This document shows, piece after piece, positions 11,960-22,320 of a stretch of DNA of 64,000 bases. Origin of the DNA: Fistulifera solaris. Taxonomy: Eukaryota. A model generated the notes under the pieces. That model was not told the origin of the DNA and searched no databases. It saw only the letters and a program-made list of their open reading frames with translations. The stretch spans positions 1 to 64,000 of the forward strand of contig AP026179.1 of NCBI GenBank assembly GCA_030295235.1, given 5' to 3'. Every line of letters starts with the position of its first letter. The stretch's first letter is position 1. The position numbers and the translations under genes are program-made.

Positions 11960-12776
11960 AAGGTGTGTTAACAGCGATTGTGCAACATTTGTTTGAGTTA
12001 CGTGTATATACATTCTGAGGAATTTGATGGACATAACAAGAAGCGATAGGTTGTTTTATTACGGGAATGCTTCTCCTGGACATAGTTTTTCAGACATTAC
12101 TAAGGTGAAAGTTCGTTGCACCGGGTCATAATCGAAAGGTCATTCGGGGTCATTGGTCATTGGTCATTGGTACCCTTTACACTTTCCATTGGACAGACTT
12201 TGAGAGTATGAATCCGTCTTACTTAAGCCTGTCAGAGTGGTTTTGATAGACTCAACGCAAATCCAGTTTGCCTTAAAGAGAGGTATGTATGTGCGGAGCA
12301 TGCAGCGCGTTAAAATGAAAGTGAAACCCATTAACAGCGTAGTGAAGCTTCGATTTTTGTTTCCTTCTTCTTATCATTACTACTTTCATTTGCTTGCAAA
12401 CTGAATTGATAATATTATACTTTTAGTTCCTTTTCAGTCGTCGGGAAAGGTAGAAAAGAAGAGGCAAATTTGATTCCTTCATTTTGTTTGCTTCCGCGAA
12501 AAGTGTCAATTCAGTTCGAGGTGTTCTCTGTCCCGTGACTTTTGAGACAGATCTCTGTTGCAAACGTAAGTCTATTGACTCAAACGACTTGAGCAAAGGC
12601 TAGTTTATATTTTTCTTTTGCTATCTGGTTACGACGTTGAGCACAGCTGCATTTGAGAAGAAATACAAAGCAGGCAGTGTCGTGTTGACTCGATAATCTA
12701 CACTATCCTTTGGAGCTACCAGCGCATTGTCGATAGCCAACCCCTTTTCCAAGGCTTCTTCTTTTGTAGCGAAAAG

Positions 12777-12937
12777 ATGACACGCTTACAAGTACACTTG
12801 TCCGCCAGGGACTTGAAAAACCTAGGAGGAATGATGGGAAAATCCGATCCGTTTGCGGTTGTGACGATGCGAGGTGACAATGCGAATAACAAGCCAGTGG
12901 TTGTAGGGCAGACGGATGTGTGAGTTTATTATTTAAG

Positions 12938-12999
<62 letters not shown>

Positions 13000-14863
13000 A
13001 ATGATCGAGCGGAAGCTTTTTTTTACAATGATGACTCACAATCGCTCTTTTTTGTCGTTCTCTTCACTTCAATCACCAAATCACTCTATATGCTCTCTTT
13101 CAACTATACAGAGTATTCAATAACCTCCATCCCACCTGGTCGCGTGTCATATTCTTAGAAGGATTCAAATTCGGAGTCCCGTTCTTCATTGAAGTCGGCA
13201 TCTTTGACTTTGATGCCAGTCAAACGGGGAAATCGGAACAGGAATTGTCGCGTATGGATGCTCATTCGCAGACTTTGATTACAACGAGTGCCGCGAGTCG
13301 AGCGCTCATGCGGGATGGGAAGTTTCCGCACAAAGTCATGGGAACCGCCTTGTTTGAAGTTGGACAAATCTTGGGGGCCCGAGGCAATGTCGCGAGCAAA
13401 TCACTGCAATCGGGTGGTGTCGTGTTTGTTCATATTGAACGATGCAGCACGGATTCCGTGGATGTCGGTCGGTGTCTTTTGCAATTGCGAGGTCTTAAAC
13501 TGCACAACACACAAACGTTGGGGAGAACCAGTAGTCCCTTCTATGAATTGTATCGCAAAGTTGAACGTCCTACGGGTGCGACATGGATCAGTGTGTATCG
13601 CTCGAATACGGTACGATCCGACTTGAATCCGTTATGGACCAGTGCGTCGTTGGATTTGGAAGCTACTTGCAACGGAGATTTGCATCGTGCACTGAAACTC
13701 ATTGTGTGGGATCATCGTCGAACGGGGAAACATAAGGTCATGGGAGAATGTGAAACGACCATGCGCGGACTTTTAGAGGCCAAGGTAGAACCGGGCGAAC
13801 CGAACGAGTTTGGGCTAGAACTAATGAAGCACGACAAAGTCACAGGACAAGTACAAGTTGTGGAAGCGACGCTTTCGGGGATGGTACCACAGGATAGCGG
13901 AAGTCAAGACGGTAGTTTGACGAGTCGAGAGAAACGACGTCCATCGAATACGAAAAAGGAACGTTCTTCGAGGCCTGAGTTTATTGATTATCTATCGGGA
14001 GGTTGCCAAATCAGTCTGGCTGTGGCGATTGATTTCACCGCGAGCAATGGAGATCCTCGCAAGCCCGGTACGCCCCATTACTTTCACCCTCCCGAATCGA
14101 AAGAATGGAATGACTATGAGAAAGCCATCTTTGCCGTAGGATCCATCTTGGCCAAGTATGATTCTGACCAGCAATTTCCAGTTTGGGGATTCGGAGCGAA
14201 ATACAATGATGTAGTACGGCATTGCTTCCAATGTGGTCTCGAAGTAGAGGTGGACGGTGTGCAAGGAATTATGGATGCCTATCGTGGAGTGTTTCGAACA
14301 CCACTCACCATGAGCTATCCGACTAAGTTCACCGAGGTCATTCAAACCGCAGCAGCGTATGCACGGCATGAACAGGTACGTCTTTGAATCACGCTTGCTC
14401 AATAAGCACAAATGATACGAGTCTCATTGTATTAGCGTCTTCATGACTACAGGAAATGGCACAAGAAGAGGGAAAGCAGTCGTATACGATACTTCTCATC
14501 TTGACGGCGGGAAATCTCGAAAATGCCGAAGAAACAAAACGACAGCTGATTGAAGCCAGCGATGATCCCCTTTCTGTTGTCATTGTCGGTATTGGCGATG
14601 CTGATTTCGGGCCCATGGAATTTTTAGACGAGCACGATCCCAACACTGAAGAAGGTCGTGATATCACAAAGTTTGTTCGATTCAGTGACTACAAGAGCTT
14701 TAATGCGCTAACCGAGGCCGTGTTGGACGAAATTCCTGAGCAGTTAGTCCAATATTTCACTGATCGTAAGATCATGCCAGGTTTGCTGGAAGATTACGAT
14801 GCTGATAAAATTGAAGTCGCCCCGGCCGACGACGATGAGCGAACTTTTACCTTTTTGGGCTAA
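12777..14863 (+). CDS. Copine (two C2 domains plus vWA/copine domain); exons 12777-12919, 13112-14375, 14453-14863
   Basis: C2 motifs LSARDLKN...KSDPFAVV and VFNNLHPTW; copine motifs VAIDFTASNGDP, YDSDQQFPVWGFGA and LSVVIVGIGDADF. The GT-AG introns keep the frame. Confidence 0.92.
12939..12996. repeat. (TG)29 microsatellite in copine intron 1
   Basis: Read directly. Confidence 0.95.
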
Positions 14864-15084
14864 ATCGAATAAAAAACGTAGTGATGGCAGAGTTGCGCCC
14901 ACGGATGCATGTGATTCTGTAAAACTGGCTGTTAGTGAATGTCTATGTTACTGTATTTTTGCTTGTACTCTGTTTCTTGTCATGATGCTACAAAAATGGA
15001 ATCCATGCTAGTTTGTTCCTTGACAACAACAATGTCATATTATAAAGATCCACACCACACCGATACCTCCCTGCACCAACACTG

Positions 15085-16293
15085 CTATCTTATTTCGGGT
15101 AATTCAAACGAGGAAGAGTCACGTAGCTGCAGATCATCATAAATATCATCTTGACTGGAAGGTACGGGTTGCCGACCCGCGTAATTGGCCAATTGTCGTT
15201 TTTGCTGGAACCACATCCACATGTTCATCGCCACAAACACCACCCCGACAACAGGAAGAACTACTGTCAAGATTCGTTTCGGCGAGTTCGATGTCGTCGA
15301 CGGGGGTCGAGTCGATGACGACGCCGGTGCCGTGTCTTCTTTTTCATTATTCGGAGACTCTTCACCGGGTTGATATGGCTTTTTATGCGCCGCGCGTTTC
15401 ATTTCGACGTAATCTCGATTGATGGAGTTTTGTTGATTGTACTGCAAGACCACCGCTTGTGCCGCTTCTTGCAATCGATGTTGGACGCCCGTCTTCATAC
15501 CCGGCGGAGCGTACCGCAAATGCGTGACGGCTGGATACCCGACCGGTGTCAAGGTCGCATAGATGGTACACGCCACGAGAAAACTCCCCAACACACTGGG
15601 ATGGATCGTATCTGGATCATACAGCGCGACAAAATCGGTCCCATTTGCTACCGGATCTTGTCCATTGGGACAACAATGATCGTGAATGTACTGAAAGGCC
15701 AGTCCCGCCGGTACGATGGGAACCGGTCGTTCCGGTGTACTAATCGATTGTTGCATTCGTTCGTAACCTTCTTGTACCTTGTGTTGCATTTGTTCAAAAT
15801 TCGGAAACAAATCGGGATAATACGGATCCATTCCGACACGTGCCCAAGTCATTAGGAGGACAGTCTCGGAATGTGCTTCCCGAATCCACGCATCGAGTGT
15901 TTCGAGACTTTGGAGACTCAAATCAAGGGTGGGTTCGTAGAAGGTTCCTCCAAAGGCGGGAATTTCCGACTGTTCTTGCAAGAGCACCCAATCCCACGTC
16001 CGTTCCAAGATCATTTGTTGTAACGCCGACTCTTTGACATGCTCCGCAAACCGACTGGATCCTTGATCAAAGCGCATCGCGTAGATTTGTTTGTGGGGAT
16101 CGCCTTCTTGTACCATTTGTTCGACCATAAATTCCAATTGATTCATATCAATGAACGAATTTCCTACCATGAGTAAACTCGTCGTTGTTTCCGATTCAGC
16201 AGTCGTCGGTGTTGTTGATTGTGAGAATACTAAAAGTAGGAAGAGGAGGACTTGCGAGGAAGGAAGTAGCGACATAGTTGATAATAATGGCAT
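15085..16293 (-). CDS. Secretory-pathway SGNH/GDSL-like hydrolase with C-terminal TM anchor
   Basis: Hydrophobic N-terminus, LMVGNSF (block I), WDWVLLQEQS, DTIHPS (DxxH), and TM ILTVVLPVVGVVFVAMNMWMW. Confidence 0.75.
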   Translation of the reverse strand: MPLLSTMSLLPSSQVLLFLLLVFSQSTTPTTAESETTTSLLMVGNSFIDMNQLEFMVEQMVQEGDPHKQIYAMRFDQGSSRFAEHVKESALQQMILERTWDWVLLQEQSEIPAFGGTFYEPTLDLSLQSLETLDAWIREAHSETVLLMTWARVGMDPYYPDLFPNFEQMQHKVQEGYERMQQSISTPERPVPIVPAGLAFQYIHDHCCPNGQDPVANGTDFVALYDPDTIHPSVLGSFLVACTIYATLTPVGYPAVTHLRYAPPGMKTGVQHRLQEAAQAVVLQYNQQNSINRDYVEMKRAAHKKPYQPGEESPNNEKEDTAPASSSTRPPSTTSNSPKRILTVVLPVVGVVFVAMNMWMWFQQKRQLANYAGRQPVPSSQDDIYDDLQLRDSSSFELPEIR

Positions 16294-16556
16294 TCAAAGA
16301 ATATTGTGCGAAAGAAACAACTGCGTTTTTCCGCTGAATAAAAGACTTCTGGAAAGTACGAGCTTCGACGGTGACTCCTGATTGTTGTACTCCGTATAAC
16401 GTTAATGCCTCTCCTTTTACCGAAGAAAAGAAAATAAGGGATGAACCTTTGTGCTCATTGGATGAACCAAAGACTCTTATGCTCGACAACAACAAAACTA
16501 GTAAACGATCTTTTGTCCTTAAAAAATAATTCTGCGCGTGCGTGCAGTTTCTCGTA

Positions 16557-16950
16557 CCCAGAAAATCTGGGGCATGAAGCGGGTCCGGTGTTTTCACATT
16601 GCCGCATACCCAGAAAATCTGGTGGTGTTGTGTTTTGACCTTACCAGAACATCTGGGCAGGTTGCTGTCATTTACCCAGAAAATCTGGGAGTCGAGTCTG
16701 GTGTCTTCGGTGCATTGCATGAATTGTTTTGAAGATACAAGTACTAGAGTCTGGTGTCTTTACTTGTACGTGCATTGCATGAATTGTTTTGAAGATTTTT
16801 TTGTTTTATCAAGAACAAACACTAAAAAATTTATTCCTAATTCCTAAAGTCAGAATGTAATTTTGACATTCGATTGTTCAAAATACAAGGTACTTGTACA
16901 CGGAAAATTCGGGGCGGGAAGCGTCGTCGTGCATCACCAGAAAATCTGGG
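16557..16950. promoter_or_regulatory. Cluster of five CCCAGA-AAA-TCTGGG-type inverted-repeat motifs in the divergent intergenic region
   Basis: Copies at 16557-16571, 16609-16622, 16644-16657, 16675-16689 and 16937-16950. The regulatory role is inferred. Confidence 0.55.
16829..16872 (-). repeat. Dispersed hairpin-containing repeat, copy 1 (reverse orientation)
   Basis: The reverse complement reads GAATGTCAAAATTACATTCTGACTTTAGGAATTAGGAATAAAT, shared with 40907-40989 and 58286-58373. Confidence 0.75.
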
Positions 16951-17118
16951 AGTTCATTTTCAGACACGAAAGACGGTGCAGTCGTTCCAAACGGGCAACC
17001 AACCAACCTTGCCGCAAGCTGTCCGCACCGTCACAGTTGTGTGAAAAGTACAATCCTTGTGTGGTCTGATGAAAAGAGTAAATGACACTCTGGCTTCGTT
17101 CCGTCGAACGATGCGTCA

Positions 17119-17224
17119 GAGATTCATACCTATTCATTCTGCGGAACGAAGGATGGACTGTGGCGCCGTTTTCGGCCACCATTGAACCAAACCTTCACCA
17201 TGACCATGAATCTGCATGAATCTT
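17119..17224. promoter_or_regulatory. Three TGAATCT cores (candidate PSR phosphate-starvation elements) upstream of the Na+/Pi transporter
   Basis: AGATTCA at 17120-17126, TGAATCT at 17207-17213 and 17217-17223. They resemble the YGAATCTH motif I recall for diatom PSR, which should be verified. Confidence 0.45.
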
Positions 17225-17380
17225 TGTCAGATAGCGTATCTTGTTCGTCGGCACGTTAAAACTCTACGTCGTTTCGTAGGAACGACAACCTGGGGATGAC
17301 AAAAACGATTTTTGCAACCTTCGCACAATTTTGCTTGTGGATTGTATTGAACTTCAGTTGTTGCTAAAAACTCTTTTATC

Positions 17381-19347
17381 ATGGTACGTTTCGTTCAAAG
17401 AGAGTGATGGAGAAACAGGAGAAACGGTTGTTGGTTTTATTATGTCGATTGTCAGTCAGATGTGAAAAAGAACAAATCGCAGTGAAGATGCGCGATGTAT
17501 AACTCTGTTTGTGACACCTTTTTTATTCATAATGCAAAAGCGATCTTTTCTTCCAATCTTTTTCTTGTAATCGTTTTTTTTCTTTCTCTCACACTTGCAC
17601 AAACTCGAACAGACCGACAACGACAACAAGCAAGCCAGTAAGCAAGCCACGTCTCGCAAAGACCGCCCGACGGGCTCGATTCATTTCGGCGATGAGGATT
17701 TCGAACTCGAAGAAAATATGGCCGACGCCACTTGGCGAGAAGTCTTTGAAGCCTGCTGTGTTCATTCTGCCGCCGAATGGGGATGGATTGCCGTCGGTGT
17801 CTTGACGGCCTTCTTTTTCCTTTATTTCTTTCTCTTTGCTTTGGAATTGATGGGTTCCGGTGCCAAGGTCATGACCGGTTGCAAAGCGGGTGCTCTCTTT
17901 GGGGATGATACCAACCCTGTTGCTGGTCTCATGGTGGGCATTCTTGCGACGGTATTGTTGCAGTCTTCGTCCACCACGACTTCGATAGTCATTTCACTCA
18001 TTGGAAGTGCCATTTCCGTCAGTCAAGGCATTTACATGATCATGGGAGCCAATATCGGAACTACCGTAACCAACACGATCGTTTCCATGGGACAAATGGC
18101 GGATGCTAATCAGTTGGAACGCGCTTTTGCGGGTGCTACCGTACACGATATGTTCAACTACATGACTGTCGCCATCCTCTTCCCCCCTCGAAATTATTAC
18201 CGGTTACCTTCGTCACTTGACCAAGGCCATGGTCAAGAACGCCACCGTCAAGGATGGTGAATCCTGGGAAGGACCTGTCAAAAAGTTTGTTTCGCCCCTC
18301 GGTGACAAGATTATCAAGTCCAACAGCAAGCTCATTACGGCAGTTGCCAAGGGAACGGGTTCTTGCGATGAAGGAGATGGCTTTTATCCCATTCTTTGTG
18401 AACCGGGTGAACCCACGGCTTCGAGATGCAAGCAAGTCGGTCTCATTTCCTGCAACAGTGATGATGATACTTGTCCTTCGTTCTTTCAGCCCGATGCAAC
18501 CGCCAAGGACGATAAGGTGTCCGGTGGTGTCGTGTTCTTCCTTTCCATTGTCATTCTCTTCATCTGTCTGTTGGGATTGGTCACGGTCTTGCAAAAGATG
18601 CTCTTGGGAATGTCGACCCGTGTGGTTTATAAGGCCACAGATGTCAATGGTTACCTGGCAATGCTCATTGGTTGCGGTATGACTCTTCTCGTGCAGTCTT
18701 CTTCTATTACCACTTCGACGTTGACGCCACTCGTCGGTATGGGGGCGATTAGACTTGAACAGATGTATCCTTTGACACTCGGAGCTAACATTGGTACGAC
18801 GGTCACGGGTTTGTTGGCTTCCTTAGTCTCGGACAGTACCGGCTCGCTGCAAGTCGCGTTGGCGCACTTGATGTTCAACGTTACCGGTATTGTCATCTTT
18901 TACCCCATTCCCTACATGCGCACCTTTCCTCTGAATGCCGCTCGTCAGCTCGGTAAGGCGACGCGCATGTGGCGTGGATTCCCCGTGATGTACATTGCCG
19001 TCATGTTTGTGTTGGTTCCGATGTTGTTCCTTGGTGTCTCCTTCTTCTTTACGAAAGACAGCAAGGGCATGACCGTTTTGGGTTCCTTGGTGGTCGTTCT
19101 CTTGTTTTTGGGAGCCGTGTACGCGACCTACTGGTGGCGTTTCAAGGACGGCAAGCAAGAGTGCATTGATTGCTTTGAAAAGCGTGAGCGTGTCCGTGTC
19201 ACCATGAAGGATCTCCCGGAGGATATGGAATTCTTGAAGGCCAAGGTTGCGGCATTGATGGAACACACGGGTCTTCCGGAAGAGGAAGATGAGGAAAAGC
19301 AAGCCGACAAGGTGACGGATGATGAGGACGATGAAGTCGCGGCCTAA
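17381..19347 (+). CDS. SLC34 (NptA/NaPi-II) sodium-phosphate cotransporter; ATG-only first coding exon, intron 17384-17612, frameshift at the C-run near 18185
   Basis: The two inverted-repeat signatures QSSSTTTS...GANIGTTVT and QSSSITTS...GANIGTTVT, plus GATVHDMFN and QVALAHLMFN. Confidence 0.92.
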
Positions 19348-20242
19348 GTTCGGTGGTGAATTTGTTGTATGTTGATTTCAATGGCAGTTTCTACATATCC
19401 TCTGCCTTTCTTTCTCTCATTGGAATGGTCTTAGTTTGGAGATCTATACAGTAATTGGTTTTAGAGAGAATTTCGTGTTTATTACTACTCCGTATCAGCT
19501 CCGTATTAAATAAAGAAAAATTGGTGCTGCCGCTAGTTTCGGGACCGAAAGTCGCTTCGGTCGGACCAAGCCTACTGTTACATCACAGTCAATAAGGGAA
19601 TACCTTTAAATGACTTCGACGTCATGAATAACAATCACAGATATAATCGTCATAAGCCATCAAAAACTTATCGTAATTAGTGACAAGTTGAGAGAAGGAA
19701 CGATGATTATGCCATTACCAGGTACTGGTACACTCGAACTCAAACAAAGCGTGGAACACGAACTTTCTCAATCAAATAATTAGCTTTACTTATCAAATTG
19801 CGTTACCACCAAAACGGTTTGTGTTGCTGAATGTTGATACAATGAATTGGCCGCTCATTTCGCCTTCGCTTCGGTAGGAAAGCTTCTCTGTTATGTCCTC
19901 TGCAAAAGTCACTATGGTAACAAAATGTTGTCCGTTTTTCTTCACGACAAGCTTTCGTGTGCCTCCTATCCGTCGTTTGCTAATGATTTAATCGTCAAGT
20001 ATAGAGTTCAATGGAAGCTTTGAGTTGTTGGTTGATGAGCCCACCTAATATAAAGTCTCAGCGATCCTTTCCGTTGCCATCATGATCTACGCAATAAATG
20101 ACTATCTCGCCAAGTGTAGACAACCTTTTTCAGGACTGGCCCTTTGTCGTGAGTCACGAGACACAACTACTCCGTAATATTCCAAGTAAATTTCCACATC
20201 GCATTCGCACTCTTCTCTTCCTGCTTTTTCTACCCTCAGACG

Positions 20243-21001
20243 ATGAAAGTCAACAACCTGCCATCTCTTTTCACTAGCAGTCGTTTGTTTGGAACGGGCG
20301 CTCTCTTAGGCCCATTGGTTGATGGATTGCACAATCAATGCTTATTAGAATATCACAGGGCTCCTATAACCGTAGCTTGGAATGATGATCCTATCTTTTG
20401 TACGAGTCTGTGGGTTCCTCCCTTGCTTGGTATCGCTTACGTGGTGTTGGGAGGTGTCTTGCCGCGTGCATTGAGTCAAATCGTCCCAACCAATGTAACC
20501 GATCGATTCCTGACGACACAATATCCGAATCAAAGCATCACAGTTCAAGAACGAACAATGTTTTTACGCAACAAGGCGCTCTGGGCAGTATTTACGACAG
20601 CTCTCATTATCAAGCTTTCGGAACTACTGGAAACACAGTCCTTCTTTGCCGCTAATTTTAATGTCATTCTCTTGTTGTGTTGTGCCGTACTGCAATGGGT
20701 GTGTTTGGATGGCACGCTCGTGGCTTTACTACTCGCGTCGATCACCAGTATCGGAGGCCCTCTGTCCGAATTGCCCTTTGTCGCTGCCAATGTTTGGCAG
20801 TACACTTCTCCCGACCAATTTCCTTTGCTTCCGTTTCAGTTTGTGCCGGACGATCTCCAACAGTTGGGTTTGAATCGCATCACGGGTCCTTGTTACTTTG
20901 CCGTGACGATGGATGCGATTGCGTTGGGACGATGGTACGATGCGCTGTGGGAAAACAAGACGAGCTTTCAAAACAGCAACAACAAGATACGGCAATCGTA
21001 G
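20243..21001 (+). CDS. Conserved multi-pass membrane protein (INSIG/DUF2878-like algal-plant family)
   Basis: 252-aa ORF with several hydrophobic helices; GALLGPLVDGLH...WVPPLLG and GGPLSELP...WQY motifs. The family name is tentative. Confidence 0.6.
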   Translation: MKVNNLPSLFTSSRLFGTGALLGPLVDGLHNQCLLEYHRAPITVAWNDDPIFCTSLWVPPLLGIAYVVLGGVLPRALSQIVPTNVTDRFLTTQYPNQSITVQERTMFLRNKALWAVFTTALIIKLSELLETQSFFAANFNVILLLCCAVLQWVCLDGTLVALLLASITSIGGPLSELPFVAANVWQYTSPDQFPLLPFQFVPDDLQQLGLNRITGPCYFAVTMDAIALGRWYDALWENKTSFQNSNNKIRQS

Positions 21002-21268
21002 TAGTAATTCAATCAAAGAATTGAAAAAAGGAATGAATACGATACAGATGAGAGATGCGTTATCATCCGATAGGAAGACTCCACCAGCCCCGGTGTGTAA
21101 ATCTCTCTTTTCGTCAACGGGGACGAACAGTAAATTGGGCTTTTGAACAGAAATTTCTGATTTTGAATCATCATACGCATACAGTAATGTCTTGTCGAGA
21201 AAAAGAAAGGTTCAAAACAGCTTAAAGTGTTCATTATCTTCCGTCTACATCAATTCAAGCCACCGCTT

Positions 21269-21556
21269 CTACACTTTGGGCAAATAATCTCTCCAATTAA
21301 ACGGTAATCGATGCAATCGGGTCACTTCTCCCGTCCGAGGATCCGTGACAATGTCTTGTCGTAAGGGCAAACGTTTTTGTGTTGTCGTTTTCAATCGTTT
21401 CTTGTGTCGTGTGACCCTACTTTTCGGAACCGCGAACCACACGGCAGTGTCGGGAAACCATGCTGTAGCTGTTGTTGTAATTGCTGTAGGAGCGACGCGG
21501 ACATTCGCAAAAGCCGTCCAGCGCAATAGAACGTGTTCCAAAAAGTGTGGCAACAT
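21269..21556 (-). CDS. rpmF: Mitochondrial ribosomal protein bL32m
   Basis: Presequence-like N-terminus followed by FAVPKSRVTRHKKRLK...DPRTGEVTRLHRL. Confidence 0.8.
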   Translation of the reverse strand: MLPHFLEHVLLRWTAFANVRVAPTAITTTATAWFPDTAVWFAVPKSRVTRHKKRLKTTTQKRLPLRQDIVTDPRTGEVTRLHRLPFNWRDYLPKV

Positions 21557-22320
21557 GGAAAGGATGAATTGTTTTCTAATCTCGCTGATCGTGAAGCTTG
21601 TGCGTCAAGGAGTATTTAAAAGAGAGTGGGTTTCGAGACGATCTCAGTAATACTGAAAACTGAAAAGAGAGAAGACTACAAGAAGGATGAATGAATGAAG
21701 GAAGGAATGTTCATCATACTCTAGTATCTTGGTTGATTGGTTTCATCGCGCATCCATCCTCCTATCGTCTATCGCCATCGTCGCGTCGTTTTTCCTGCCT
21801 TCCATCCCAGTGCTACGGAGTGATAGACAGACGTCCTCTCAACATTTTACCCAATAGTTGTAGTTACGGGAGGGAACGAAAGAGGCGACTTAATTTATTT
21901 TATTCTATTCTATACCATTCATCATCATCGGCATCAGCATCAACAACAGCAACTTGATTCATCCTTAAAGCATCATACAACTTTGTATATATTATGTCAA
22001 CTCGACTGGGTCGTCAGTCGTAGCCTATAACGACCGGGACTGAAGTTGAAATGAGTCACCGCATGTCCCGGCTACAATATAGACCATACAAAGTAAAGAG
22101 CTCTCGTTGCCGCCGCACAAGAAGAAACAAGCGCGCAACCATGGAGGACGAGAAAAAGATAGAAGGAGCGCAAGAAAATAAAATAGTTAAAAGTAATTAG
22201 CCTTCTGACGCTCCTTGTATTGTTATTATTAATTACTACTCCGTATTCGAGTCATTCCTTTTCTTACTAAAAAAGAAGACGACTGACTCATCAAAAACAA
22301 CACGGTTAATCGACCTACAA

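Noticed and set aside
12940..13158. ORF beginning with (CV)n
   Set aside because: It is the TG microsatellite within a copine intron.
16557..16689. CRISPR-like appearance of palindromic repeats with unique spacers
   Set aside because: The repeat is only about 15 bp, spacers are irregular (17-37 bp), there are no cas genes, and the context is eukaryotic nuclear.
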